Notes: generated by a model not told the origin, from the letters alone. DNA of 60,373 bases, filler included, from Squatina squatina (GCA_031763465.1; 3 parts of 3 records of this genome joined end to end with filler, not necessarily neighbours in it); one strand, 5' to 3'; positions 11,706 to 24,407 are shown, numbered from the whole stretch's first letter. Program-made: numbers and translations.

Positions 11706-13411
11706 NNNNNNNNNNNNNNNNNNNNNNNNNNNNNNNNNNNNNNNNNNNNNNNNNNNNNNNNNNNNNNNNNNNNNNNNNNNNNNNNNNNNNNNNNNNNNNN
11801 NNNNNCTCCATCACCATGTCAGAGCCCGGATATCTCAGTCGGTAGAACCGAATCTCGATTACATTTGCACCTTGAAGCCCCAACACTGATTGGAACCTAT
11901 CACAAAAAGTCGACTCACACTGCAGAACAATTGAAAAAAATATTCCTGTATTTTAATGAGGCCATCCGAAAGTTCAACGTGAATTGCACGTGTTTAATGG
12001 CGTGAAAAGTAAGTAAGATTTGAAAATCTGAAACTGAAGCAATAGCCTCAATACTATAATCTGATGCTCCAAAAGGTTGCGATAACCAGGCTCTCTCTTT
12101 CGGTTACACACAGCGAGCTCCACTGGCTGACATGGAGCATTACATCGCTCACATTCCGCATTTCCCACGGTGCATTGCTCTCACACGCCCCGCACTCGCT
12201 GCCCGCCACAGGCCTCGCTTCACAGGCGCTGTCCCGCCCACCCAACTCTCTGCTCTCCAGCAGCGCCGCAGTCCAGCACGCAGCGCACAATACCAGCGCC
12301 TGTTTGCATCAAGAAACAATTCAATCTGCTTCTGTAAAGGACGGGACAGGAATGCTTCAGAAAGATGCAAAGCTGTACAAGGCATAAGAGCGAATCTGAA
12401 TATATTTCTGATTATTCATGCTGAAATAGCAAACCGTGTTGTAATTGGGAGGTGAGGATGCGGGGCAGAGCCTAATGGAATCACAGACTGAGAGAGCACA
12501 AAATGAATTCAGAATAGACACATAATAAAAATAGTCAGGCTTCAGTAACTTACACCGCTTCCACGAAAAGCAAATCATCCTTCTGACCTTGCAAATTTCA
12601 GCATTTGAAAACTCTCACATGCCAACNNNNNNNNNNNNNNNNNNNNNNNNNNNNNNNNNNNNNNNNNNNNNNNNNNNNNNNNNNNNNNNNNNNNNNNNNN
12701 NNNNNNNNNNNNNNNNNNNNNNNNNNCAAGTACATGGTAAAATGCTGTTTAAGTATCTTTTAACAAACTCTTAACGATTTCAATTGGCTCGCCCGCCTCT
12801 TGGTGTTGAGTCTGTAAAGCGCAGGCAGACCCGGCACTTGGGAAACTGACATGGAGGTGGGTTGACAGCGAGCTTCCAACCCGCTGTCAATCTTTTATAT
12901 TTTGACAGCAGACCCGCCTCCAAACCCGCCCATTGAGCACCGGCAAAATTCCAACCTAAGAGTCAGTTATCATCGGTATCTTGCTGGCATTGATAGACTT
13001 GAAGGTCATTCAAGGACAAGTTATACAGAATCAACCCAAGCTACTTGATGTAACAGTGCAGTTACAAAGATATTGAATCAGTTTGCTAGGAGGCAAAGTA
13101 TTACCAACTAATATCAGAGACACAAGTCATTTAAAATGTAGAACACAACACTGAAATTTGATATTTTGTTATCAGCATGGCAAAGTAGATTTCATAACAG
13201 TTGTTGAAAAATATGCAGGAAATCAAAAAAAATCATGTTTTAAAATTTATTTTAATGAGTGACTATTTTCAAATGCAGTTTTAAATCCTTGTTTAATTTA
13301 TTGAAGACTCTTGTATCTGTAAGGAATTGGCCACTCAGTTTCACTGATTTCATACACATGGTGGAATTTTGTGTATTCTTTGCATAATATTTACTGGAGT
13401 CCATTCCGTAC

Positions 13412-13584
13412 CTTTGGGGATCGACTTTACTCAGCAGAAGTTGTCCCCTCAGTAGGGCATCTGAAGTTGCATCTTTGATCGCCTGGCACAGAGAATTATG
13501 TTCTTTGGAGAGTTCCGACAAGCACAGAGACTTAAAATGAAGCTGTTTCAGGTGACTTTCTATGCCTCCCAGTACATCAAACCC
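13412..13584 (-). CDS. CCDC141: CCDC141 internal exon
   Basis: GFDVLGGIESHLKQL...IKDATSDALLRGQLLLSKVD is similar to human AFDVLGRVEAYLKLL...IKDCTTDALQKGQTLISQVD. tgacag| and |gtacgg. Confidence 0.9.
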
Positions 13585-14261
13585 CTGTCAATAGAAACAT
13601 AGTGTAACATTACTAAATCATTCCGTAATTTCTTTCATTACTGTGCATACAACAAACATTTACAAACCAGACAGCATCCAATTAATGTGGAAAATAACTG
13701 GATGTTATCAGGTGTCTACAGGTTTGTTGCAGGCCTGGATGGTTGCCGTTAAGCAGCTCCTTTACATTTTCTTGTGAATTTTAGTAGACAATAATGATTA
13801 AAATTGAGGCCCTGGGAAAGCCTTTAACGGGTAAAGGCCATTCAGCTATCAAGCCCTCTCTTTCCACGATCCACACGTGACTACCTTAGCGAAGGACACA
13901 GTCCCTCTCTATCCCCTCCAATTAACTGTATATGAAGTTAATACTGACTGGACACTCAACTGGAATTGATTGCTTCTGCAAGCTTCAGATGAAGAACAAT
14001 AAAAGGAGACAAACCAGAATATATTTGATTATTCAACGTACCTTGTGAATTTTAAAGATGAGATTTAATTCCAATTGTGAAATTATATAGTGGCCCATGT
14101 AGGGCCTACCAGATTTGTTCCTCTAACATTGGAATTACATGTGTCGGATAGTGGTAGAACAATTAGAGGGCAATTGTAAAAAAAGCACACTGATCCTGAG
14201 CAGGCTTAGTGTGCAATGACATTGTTTCTGCACCTAATATCCATGATGGCCATATTCTAAA

Positions 14262-14855
14262 AAACATAGAATAATAATCATGGGGGATTTCAACTACCCA
14301 GATAATAATTGGCCAGAAGAGGTAGGTAAAGAGGATAAGGGAATAGAGTTCTTACAATGTGTACAGGACTCCTTTCTAATCCAATATGTAAAAGGTCCAA
14401 CAAGGGAGGATTCACGATTGGATCTAGTAATGGGGAATGAACCAGAGCAGACAAAAGTAGTAAAAGTAGGGGAACATCTCGGCAAAAGTGACCATTATAT
14501 AATATGCTTTAAGATAATAATTGAGAAGGGCATAGGTATGACGAAGACCAGGGTAATAGATTAGAGAAAAGTCAATTTTGCGGGGTTGAGAATAGAACTT
14601 GGGAAAAGAAAAGAGACAAAATTGGCAAACGATGATATGGAACAGCAGTGGGAAATATTTTAAACGGCATTCAAGAGAGTCTGGGAAAAATATATCCCGC
14701 TAAAAAATAAGAACAAGCTAAACATTAATGAGCCACCATGGATGAATAAAGACATAGGGAAAAACTGAGTGTCAGGAAAGAGGCATGCACCAAGTACATG
14801 GACAGCAGGAGAGAGCATGACAAGAGAGAATACAAAGAGATTAGGAGTGGAGTCA
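14262..14855 (+). mobile_element. CR1-type LINE ORF2 endonuclease fragment (degenerate)
   Basis: MGDFNYPD...FLIQYVKGPTREDSRLDLV...GEHLGKSDH. Confidence 0.9.
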
Positions 14856-15131
14856 NNNNNNNNNNNNNNNNNNNNNNNNNNNNNNNNNNNNNNNNNNNNN
14901 NNNNNNNNNNNNNNNNNNNNNNNNNNNNNNNNNNNNNNNNNNNNNNNNNNNNNNNGTGTAAATATACTCAATAGTTTTTTGTTTTAATTCACTGTATCCA
15001 GTACACTGTCCAAACTTGATTATTAAAAGGGAGTCACAGATTTCAGTCAGGCTTTCAAGGCTGCAGATACATTCTTCCCATTCACCTTCCCAGCCACAAG
15101 TACTCAGGATACATTCAGTGCAACCACTTGC

Positions 15132-15240
15132 CTTTCTTAAGATGTTGATGGTGATAAAGTAGTTGCTTCAAGGATTCCATGTCCTCAAATATCTGGGCAC
15201 CGTTCAGAAAATCTTCAGCTTCATCAATTTTTATAGCAAA
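15132..15240 (-). CDS. CCDC141: CCDC141 early exon (FAIKIDEAEDFLNGAQIFEDMESLKQLLYHHQHLKK) with GC donor
   Basis: Similar to human [36 protein letters not shown]. ttttag| acceptor, AAG|gcaagt donor, 109 nt. Confidence 0.88.
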
Positions 15241-15411
15241 CTAAAAAGATATTTTTTTTTAGTACAGAATCAACTTTAAGACTGCCAAGTCAATTCAGAG
15301 ATCACTACGCACTACAAAAAATTATGTTAATCTAACCGTATATTTTAATTCCAAGATTAAGTAAAACTGATCTTATATTGTGAAATCACTTTTCCTTTGT
15401 TGATTACTGAC

Positions 15412-15548
15412 CTCTAAAGCTTGATCAAAGAACTCGGAGGCCATTTTCAAAAGTCTCTTTCGATTTTCAAGCAGTTGGTTGAGAGCTGTCCAGTTATCTC
15501 CCAGAGTTTTTCCCATCTTATCATACAATTGGTTCTGGTCTTTATTGG
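15412..15548 (-). CDS. CCDC141: CCDC141 early exon, 5'-truncated by gap
   Basis: NKDQNQLYDKMGKTLGDNWTALNQLLENRKRLLKMASEFFDQALE is similar to human NKDQSQVYDAMAETLGEAW...SEFFENALE. Donor |gtcagt. Confidence 0.92.
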
Positions 15549-15648
15549 NNNNNNNNNNNNNNNNNNNNNNNNNNNNNNNNNNNNNNNNNNNNNNNNNNNN
15601 NNNNNNNNNNNNNNNNNNNNNNNNNNNNNNNNNNNNNNNNNNNNNNNN

Positions 15649-15862
15649 TCTGGTCCTGGCCAATATTTATCCCTCAATTAACACCACTTAAAAGAAACAG
15701 ATTATCTGGTCATTTTCACATTGCTTTGTGGGAACTTGCTGTGTGCAAATTGGCCACTGCATTTCCTACATTAGAACAATGACTTCAAAAGTACTTCTTT
15801 GCCTGAAAAGTGCTTTGTGACATCCTGTGGTCATGAAAGGCACTATATAAATTTCTTTCTTT
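15649..15862 (+). mobile_element. Deu-domain SINE (SacSINE1/AmnSINE-like), 3' part
   Basis: 'tgtgggaacttgctgtgtgcaaattggcc...tttcctacatt...cttcaaaagtacttc...gaaaggcactatataaat'. Related pieces lie at about 27020-27130, 38620-38785 (-), 46320-46395 and 60065-60150 (-). Confidence 0.75.
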
Positions 15863-16289
15863 TAAATGGCCACTTAAATTATGTTATTGTGAAAAATATC
15901 TTTTTTATACATTACAAACCTTATTTTGGACATTGGTAGGTTCTCCCGACTGCTGATTTAAAATTGTTTGTTTCCATAAGTCCATAGTAATCTCTTATTG
16001 GCAGTTTTCTAGCCACTTTCTTCGCTTTTAATTCATACATTCCCCACCTCTCCAGTTTGATTTGCTGCTGTTTAACTTTGAGCCAATCAACAAAGTATGA
16101 TGGTGAGCACGATGGGCAAAGTGATACAGGAAGCAAGAATCACACTTTCAGTAGGTGCACCGAATATACAAGACTTTTCGTGTATTTCTAGCAGATCTCC
16201 CATGGCATTGCTCATTACAGAAGATACTCTCTCCCATATCTATCCTCATCATCTTGGATGACATGCATCCTTTCTGAATGGTGTAGAAA

Positions 16290-16875
16290 TAGCTGGAGAG
16301 GACGTTGAGAGATCTGGAAGCATTAAAGTTAGCATATGGTGTATCAAAACACAGTGGAACAGAAATTAACAAAGAAAACAGAATGCTGAACTGTATTGTA
16401 GAATCAGTAGAGTACAAGTCAGAAGAGTTATGTTAAAACTGGAGGGTGCTCTGGTCAGACCACATCTGGTGTCCAGGTTTCGTTACCAAGATGCAAGAGA
16501 AACATTCAAGCCTTGGAAGCAGTTCAAAGAAAAGCTCCAGCTTCAGAGTGTTGAGTTATAGGGTATCAAATGAAAGGGACTCATGGGGCATATTTAGAAG
16601 TATATAAGGTAATTAAATCACATAGAAAAGGTAAACCTGGAGCATTACTTCAAGATAAATCATGATAGTAGAACAAAAGTGGCATAAATTCAAAATGTAG
16701 GGCAAATTTAGAACTAAGGTCAAAATTTCTTTAGACAAAAGGTATTCATGATTTAGGATAGGTTTAAAGGAAGATTTAGGGCAAAAACTTTAGATTCAAT
16801 CAAGAGCCAGTTGCATGCCATGATGAAAGAATAGTTTCCTCCTGGATGGATGAGCAAATATGGCAAAATGGCCTC
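16290..16875 (+). mobile_element. Old degenerate CR1 LINE 3' region
   Basis: 'tagagtacaagtcagaagagttatg...ctggtcagaccacatctgg...aaatggcctccctcg'. Confidence 0.65.
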
Positions 16876-18080
16876 CCTCGTGTATTCATCTTGTGAAAGG
16901 GGGATATATATGTAATACTGTACAATTTTTTTTTTAAAACCAAGTGATTTATTAATTCCTTTGGAAAAAGTTTTCCTGCTATATAACTAACCTGGTTGCC
17001 TGATTCATACTTTCCTGATAATTTTCACATCAGTTACCAGTGTAATATTATATCCATGTGCTGCTTTCTATTTTTAACTTAAATGTGCAAGACATCTGTA
17101 TCTTAATCCTTAAATCAAAGATATGTAGGAGGTTGAGATAAAACTCCACAATAAAAAAAACTTAGTAAACTACCTCACATTTACAAGATTAAGAAATATA
17201 TTCAAACAAAGCAACACAATTATGCAATGACATAGTTAAGGCCATATTTTATTTGCCACATTCAGTGCTTCAGATTTAGAGTGGCTGTCTGCATTCCAGG
17301 ACGGCTCCAGAGAGCGTTCCGAGACACTTCAGTCAGAAGCAATGCAGTGCTGATAATTACTATTTTCATTGCACTCTGGAATGTCAGTGTAGACTGACAA
17401 TAATCAAAGATAAGTAAAGGTCATAAACTATATTTACTGTGATTTACATCAGGTCCAACATTGTGTATGAAGAAATGTACTGCTGTGCAGACAGAGGAAA
17501 GTTTAAGAAGGAAAGTGAAGAAGAGAACAAGGAAAAAAGGGAAATGGGTGGAATGAAAGGTATGCTGTTATGTGTTCTGTTTCCAGGATGAGAAAAAGAC
17601 CATCAGGCCCATATGTTGTCATATCCTTTGGCTGACTTCGTAAACGTGCACCAACCATCCCTTCCTCTCTTCTGGAAGAGGAAAAAAAGACCGGTAATTA
17701 CTTCAGGAGTCTTCGGTTAAAAACTCTCTGGGTACCCAATTGGTTTTTATTAAGTTGGTGGCTATACAGGACCAAAATGTGTTATTTTAGCACCAGCCCA
17801 TTAAGTTGTGGAACTGGAGTGATTGAAAAAAAGATTCTGACACTTTAAAAAAAGTGATAATTTCAGCGTTAATCAGTCATTCCTGGGCGCTCATTCACTT
17901 AGACACATTTCAGCAGGCCAATTGCACAAACTATCTAATGGCGAGCAATCAACTTTCAGCCCAGCACAGCCCATAAAGGTGGAAGGTTATCAAAGACAGA
18001 CACTGTTCAGTTGTTGAGGGGTTACTCTCATTTTGTCTTGGAGAATCAGAAATTTTGTTGTGTCTCTTTGACACTGTGCA

Positions 18081-18290
18081 ATGGCAGCTGAGGCAGAGAG
18101 GAGGGCAAGAGCGCACAAGTTTTCAGAGCCAGCCCTCGAGACACTGGTGGCATCCATTTCCAGAATGGCGCACACTCTGTTTGCGCATGGAGGAAGGAGG
18201 GGGAGTGTGAGCATGGTAAGACGCTCATGGAGGGAGGTCGCCTCAGAAGTTTCCTCCACTGTTGACGATCTCATTAGGATTGTTAAGGTG
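18081..18290 (+). mobile_element. PIF/Harbinger Myb/SANT-like ORF remnant
   Basis: RARAHKFSEPALETLV...TLFAHGGRR...RRSWREVASEVSS has the trihelix/Myb-like pattern typical of the Harbinger second ORF. Confidence 0.7.
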
Positions 18291-18598
18291 AGTTTCACTA
18301 TTTAAACATGTGCCAACTCATTTTTACAAGTTTGATTTGTCGTCCCATAGTAATAAAGTATTAACGATNNNNNNNNNNNNNNNNNNNNNNNNNNNNNNNN
18401 NNNNNNNNNNNNNNNNNNNNNNNNNNNNNNNNNNNNNNNNNNNNNNNNNNNNNNNNNNNNNNNNNNNNCTGGACAGTGGACCCATTTTCCAATGTAAAAT
18501 GGTGTCATTGTATGCAAAACAAAATTTAGTATCTGAATGTTGCGCTGAGTAGGTGACTCCAGGCTTGCTATTGATCATACGGTAAAAGGACTGATCCA

Positions 18599-18722
18599 TT
18601 AACTGTCTTGAGGGATTGGATCTGGAGGTTGAGGCTTCTTTTGGCTAACCAATCGCATCTTTTCTCGAATATGTTCTGCTGTAGAGGCCATGTCACTTGG
18701 ACTTCCAAAGTATTGTTCAGTT
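18599..18722 (-). CDS. SESTD1: SESTD1 terminal coding exon
   Basis: (G)[40 protein letters not shown] is similar to human [26 protein letters not shown]. ttccag| acceptor. Not in the ORF track. Confidence 0.93.
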
Positions 18723-20607
18723 CTGGAAAATTAATATTGATAATACATTTAAATATGGAAAAGCAGAATTACTGAAATGCAAAAAAATGAAAAAATAAAC
18801 TTCTGTCTTCAAACCTTGGTACAAGGCACAATCTTTTCTTTTCCCTATTTACTGAGTGGGAAAGTTGGTTCAATTCTCAATTATTCACCTCGAGAATTAA
18901 CACAGTGCAGGTTGAATTTTACATGAGCATTAGATCATTAATATGCAGTAATGTGATTTACTTTAGTAATTATGTCGGTCGCATATTTACCACTAGTTTG
19001 CATTTGCTGTTGTTCACTAAATTCCATTGGCAATTACCAGCACCAGTCTACATGTGAGAGACTATTGAAATGTTAATGAGGGGATGTTACACCAGCAAAT
19101 AGGCCACCTCTGCAATTTTCCATGGCTAATTGGAATGTTAGTTTCCAGCGATTTCAAATCCAGTTGGNNNNNNNNNNNNNNNNNNNNNNNNNNNNNNNNN
19201 NNNNNNNNNNNNNNNNNNNNNNNNNNNNNNNNNNNNNNNNNNNNNNNNNNNNNNNNNNNNNNNNNNNTAAACAAATTTAAATATTGTTCGAGCCCGACTG
19301 CCAAGACAAGGGCGGGAACCCAAATAACAATGAATAATAACAACTGCGCAACGAGAATAAAATATGAAAAAAGCCATGTCTGGCAAGCCCTGTACAACAA
19401 AAGAATAGTAATGTTGGCACCAAACACTTGGGCCAGAAAAATAGTATAACTGTCCGGCTCACGGAGGGACAAAATATAGCATAGCAATGAAGGGCCATGA
19501 TACTCTCCACTTCAAAACGCTTCTAACTCATCACTTCAAGAACGAAAGACTTCGAAGAACTTCTTTGAGACACGCTCCACTTCAAAGCACGCTTCACTTT
19601 TGAAACGATCAACCACGCCTTGCTCCACGCTTCTCAACACCAACTTCATGACTCCAAGATACGACTTCTGATCCAGCTTCCAAGGTTCGGCACCACCGAG
19701 GTTCAGCACCACTGATCAGCCCAGGTAGAGGGCGGGCTTCACTCCGACAACTGGCGAGTCATCATCAGGGTTGCGACTCCACCAGAGCCGCGCCTCTAGT
19801 CGCACCTGGAGACCTCCACCAGCCACAATCTGGCTCACTTGGACCACAGCATCAGCTCCCATCCACACCATCAGCTCCTGTCCATGTTGTCACCTCCACA
19901 ATTCCAATCTGGTTAGCAGTCACCATAGGGGCTTCAGACCGACCAGTGGAAGATGCAGCACCGTGAGTTCTGGTGAGCATCCGCCCAAACCTCGAGACAC
20001 ATGAATGCAGCAGTGTGAAGCGCGACTCTCGCAAGTCTCGGCCAAACTATAGTTTAAAGGGGAATAACTATAACTGCTCTGTACCACTGATCTTGTCTTA
20101 TCTGTGACAACACATAATAAAACATCTTTTAGTTCAACCTGAAACAGGTGTCGTTTGCATTGACTCAAGGTTTTCTCCAACGAATACGTAAACATAAGCC
20201 CAGTTCCCCCGGACCCACTAGATCAGTGAGGTGGAGTTGCACTAGGTACGGCCGAAGCAGATTCCACCTGCACCGATCGACCTACAGGCCCAGGCGTAAA
20301 AGGCATTGGGTGCATAACAAACCAGAGTCGGAAAAATAGAGGGGAAGGGAGACTCTCAAAACCCACGTCTTCGCCCAGTCTTTCGGTCAACCCTCCTTCT
20401 TTAACTCGGTGTTCAATTTTTCCTTAAGTCTCTGTGAAGTGACTTGGGAAGTTTTTCGATGATAAAGGCACTATATAAATTAAAGCTGTTTTTGTTGATA
20501 TCACCAGTTATTAACTAGTTAATCAGCTCAAATGCTGTCAGTCATCTAATCATCATTTTCCTTTGTGAATAAAAAGGTAGCTATATCATTAAGCGCATCA
20601 AACATAC

Positions 20608-20730
20608 CTGGGCAACATCAACAAATTTGCGGTGTTTTTCCAGAAGAACTTTGGCTTCCTGTGCATCATCTCCTAGTCTAATATGAGTTTTCAGAAGGGC
20701 ATCCAATAGTTCAGTTAGCCATTCAACTGC
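20608..20730 (-). CDS. SESTD1: SESTD1 internal exon (spectrin repeat)
   Basis: [41 protein letters not shown], 123 nt, |gtatgt. Confidence 0.96.
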
Positions 20731-20871
20731 CTTTTTTTCATGAAGGGGAAAAAAAACACTTATCTGAAACATTTTTTCTGCTCAACTGAGAGGCACTATT
20801 TCCCAACATCCAGTTTGACATGCATTATACATTTTTCCCAGTCTTGCTTTATAAACTGTATAATGACTTAC

Positions 20872-20953
20872 CTGTGCAGCATCCTCCTCACATTTGAAAA
20901 GCTGCACCATCTGAAGCATTTTCAACCTCCTCACATCCACCATATCTTCACAC
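20872..20953 (-). CDS. SESTD1: SESTD1 internal exon
   Basis: (R)[27 protein letters not shown]. ttgtag| and |gtaagt. Confidence 0.96.
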
Positions 20954-21482
20954 CTACAAAGTCCATAAGCACAGAAAGAAAAAATAATAGCTGCTGTTCA
21001 TATGTATTCTGTCTCAACGTTTAACTTCAATCAATAAACTCCACTCTAATTTTTTGGGTATTTAACAAAAATCTCTGGAACGAATCAGTTTTTATACATT
21101 TACTCCACTAAATGAACAGGAGCTCCAAATGTTAGTACCACAAATGCTGTGACTAATATAAATTATTTTTAAAAAGTAGTAATTTAAACTTAAAAGGATT
21201 ACATCATTATAGCAAATATTTAATTAATGTTTCTTGCAACTTATCCTGAGAATATCATTAATTCAGCAACTAACTGTAAAATACAAATTTGTTTTTCTCT
21301 CCACAGATGCTGCCTGACCTGCTGAGTTTTTCCAGCAATTTTTGTTTGTAATCACACTATTCTGNNNNNNNNNNNNNNNNNNNNNNNNNNNNNNNNNNNN
21401 NNNNNNNNNNNNNNNNNNNNNNNNNNNNNNNNNNNNNNNNNNNNNNNNNNNNNNNNNNNNNNNNCAATTTTTTTCCACTTAC

Positions 21483-21597
21483 CAACACTCTTCAGTTTCT
21501 CTTCCAGAAGTTTTAATGTTTGCTGAATAGCAGTTCCATCAGCTGGTGCCACATCAGCGCAAAGCATCCCAAGTAACCCATCCAGCTGCTGCGACAA
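21483..21597 (-). CDS. SESTD1: SESTD1 internal exon
   Basis: [38 protein letters not shown]. tcacag| and |gtaagt. Confidence 0.96.
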
Positions 21598-22101
21598 CTG
21601 TGAAAGATCCATTCACATGACTCAATTTTTCAAGTATGCACAAATATATGGCATCGATTGCTCACAATATTCAGCAATTCGAATAATTTGTTTAAAAATC
21701 ACCTTTAAAAAATTCTTTAAATAAAATTGATTGTAAAAACTTAAACAAATATGTATACATTATCTTTACAGAATAAGTATTAAAATAGTAACTTTACACT
21801 GCTGCATTGGCGTTTCAGGTCTACCAGACCTGGCAATTTTACACTAACACATCAAGATGTTGTGACAAGAAGCAGAGACACTGTCCAAGTAACTCCGTTA
21901 TTTGAACAGCAAATTGAATGAACAACTGCAGTTACACCACCTGATGGAATTTCTTTTGAATTAAAATGGCAAAGTTTTGCAAATGCCTGCATGAAGCACT
22001 ATTCACCAGCCTGCAACTGTTGACAAAATCTCTAATGTGAATCCTTTTCAATTATTATAATTGAAAAATATTTTTATTGTAATTATAATCAATACTAGTG
22101 A

Positions 22102-23903
22102 TAGGGTTGCCAACTTTGGTTGGAGGTATGTCTGCAGGTTTATCGCATGACCACCTGACTTCAATCACCCTGTCCAGTCAAACAACCTTTTTCCCCTCGT
22201 CTACATTGGGCCGTAATTTGCGGCCCCTCCAGAAATGTAAGAGATGTACACGTGCCTGTAGGGGCTGTACAAGTTCCGGGTTTAGGCATGCGCTGCACAT
22301 GANNNNNNNNNNNNNNNNNNNNNNNNNNNNNNNNNNNNNNNNNNNNNNNNNNNNNNNNNNNNNNNNNNNNNNNNNNNNNNNNNNNNNNNNNNNNNNNNNN
22401 NNNNNNNNNNNNNNNNNNNNNNNNNNNNNNNNNNNNNNNNNNNNNNNNNNNNNNNNNNNNNNNNNNNNNNNNNNNNNNNNNNNNNNNNNNNNNNNNNNNN
22501 NNNNNNNNNNNNNNNNNNNNNNNNNNNNNNNNNNNNNNNNNNNNNNNNNNNNNNNNNNNNNNNNNNNNNNNNNNNNNNNNNNNNNNNNNNNNNNNNNNNN
22601 NNNNNNNNNNNNNNNNNNNNNNNNNNNNNNNNNNNNNNNNNNNNNNNNNNNNNNNNNNNNNNNNNNNNNNNNNNNNNNNNNNNNNNNNNNNNNNNNNNNN
22701 NNNNNNNNNNNNNNNNNNNNNNNNNNNNNNNNNNNNNNNNNNNNNNNNNNNNNNNNNNNNNNNNNNNNNNNNNNNNNNNNNNNNNNNNNNNNNNNNNNNN
22801 NNNNNNNNNNNNNNNNNNNNNNNNNNNNNNNNNNNNNNNNNNNNNNNNNNNNNNNNNNNNNNNNNNNNNNNNNNNNNNNNNNNNNNNNNNNNNNNNNNNN
22901 NNNNNNNNNNNNNNNNNNNNNNNNNNNNNNNNNNNNNNNNNNNNNNNNNNNNNNNNNNNNNNNNNNNNNNNNNNNNNNNNNNNNNNNNNNNNNNNNNNNN
23001 NNNNNNNNNNNNNNNNNNNNNNNNNNNNNNNNNNNNNNNNNNNNNNNNNNNNNNNNNNNNNNNNNNNNNNNNNNNNNNNNNNNNNNNNNNNNNNNNNNNN
23101 NNNNNNNNNNNNNNNNNNAGATGTACACGTGCCTGTAGGGGCTGTACAAGTTCCGGGTTTAGGCATGCGCTGCACATGACAGAGTTGGACTATTTGTCCA
23201 ACTTCTGCCCAGCGAATGCCCGTGAAATTCTTACACTTTGTAAAAGCAGGCGTAAGGCCAGATTTTACCAGTGCAAGTGTTTAAAAAAAAAACCAGAAAA
23301 ATAAAATCTTACCAATTATTTACACATTTAAAAACCTGTGAAATAAGGTAAGATTATTTTTAGCCCCTCTAAAACATGTAAATTTATTTTTCAAAAAATA
23401 AAAATTTTGTTTTAAATATTTAGTTAAATGCCATTTTAATTCATTTTAAATGTGATTTTTAAAAATTTATTTGAAGTGTATTTGTATTTTTTGGGGTATT
23501 CCCAATAATGCTTATGGGGATTCCGTACAAGCATGAATGGGGATTTCCTTCTTTTATTGGTTGGGCTGGCCACGTGATCCCAGGGGAGCTTGCGAACCGC
23601 GTGCTTCCGAGATATGTGGGTCTCTACCTGCGTGTACCTGGAGAGCCCCGGGACCGTGAATCTCCATACCTCCCGGACCACCAGGTACGCGGGCATTTTA
23701 TTTGCGTATCGGAGGCATTTCCCCGCAGGAAGCCACCGACCGCAAATTCAGGGCCAATATTTTTTATAACTAATGAATGAAAGTGTTCAAAGAAAATGAA
23801 AAAAATAAGGCCCCCATGATTTTTCCCGAGTTGCCCCATGTCCAGGAAATTAATCTTTAATTCTTGGAGACTCCATGACAACCGTGGAGGTTGGGCAACC
23901 TTA
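22102..23903. mobile_element. Non-autonomous hAT-like element carrying a nested Harbinger-like MITE (22208-23755)
   Basis: Outer TIRs TAGGGTTGCCAAC / GTTGGGCAACCTTA with a degenerate 8-bp TSD (actagtga / accagtgc). Inner TIRs GGGCCGTAATTTGCGG / CCGCAAATTCAGGGCC. Confidence 0.65.
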
Positions 23904-24407
23904 ACCAGTGCTGCAAAACCAACTTGACAGTGAAAGCACCAACCCCAAATGGGTCTAACTATGCCATAACACCTGGAGGTCACCTCCAATTAGAAAAGTA
24001 GACTCCTCACAACTAGACAGTGATAATCTCTAACCAATCCTCCCCAGCTATTGTAGGATGTGTTGTGGAGGTTCCTGCCAAGAGGGGATAAATTGGAGAA
24101 AGGGGAATGAGATAACATTTTTTTGCAGGTTATGTTTTCTCTTTCTTCCACCTCAATCAAGTGCATTTCTGTTAAATGTGTAACTAGTCAACTGTTTCTT
24201 GACTTTGCTAGTAATGGCACCACCCTCCCCGCATTATATCGACTTGTCTGTTAGTCAGAAGCTTTTTGTCCATCTACACTTACTAGATAAAACAGTATAA
24301 TGAAATGCCTTTCTTGGTTACAACAAAAGCAGCTCATTATTGAACTGTTATTTAACTGATATCAGTTCCCAAAATGTGTAAAATGGTTTTATTAACAAGC
24401 AGCTTAC

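Noticed and set aside
11974-12168. ORF starting 'MGNAEC' resembling a myristoylated N-terminus
   Set aside because: The start codon is GTG, not ATG, and there is no homology.
20731-20760. SESTD1 acceptor preceded by an A7 run (ttcatgaaaaaaag|)
   Set aside because: A good pyrimidine tract lies just upstream and the exon is fully conserved. It is a minor oddity.
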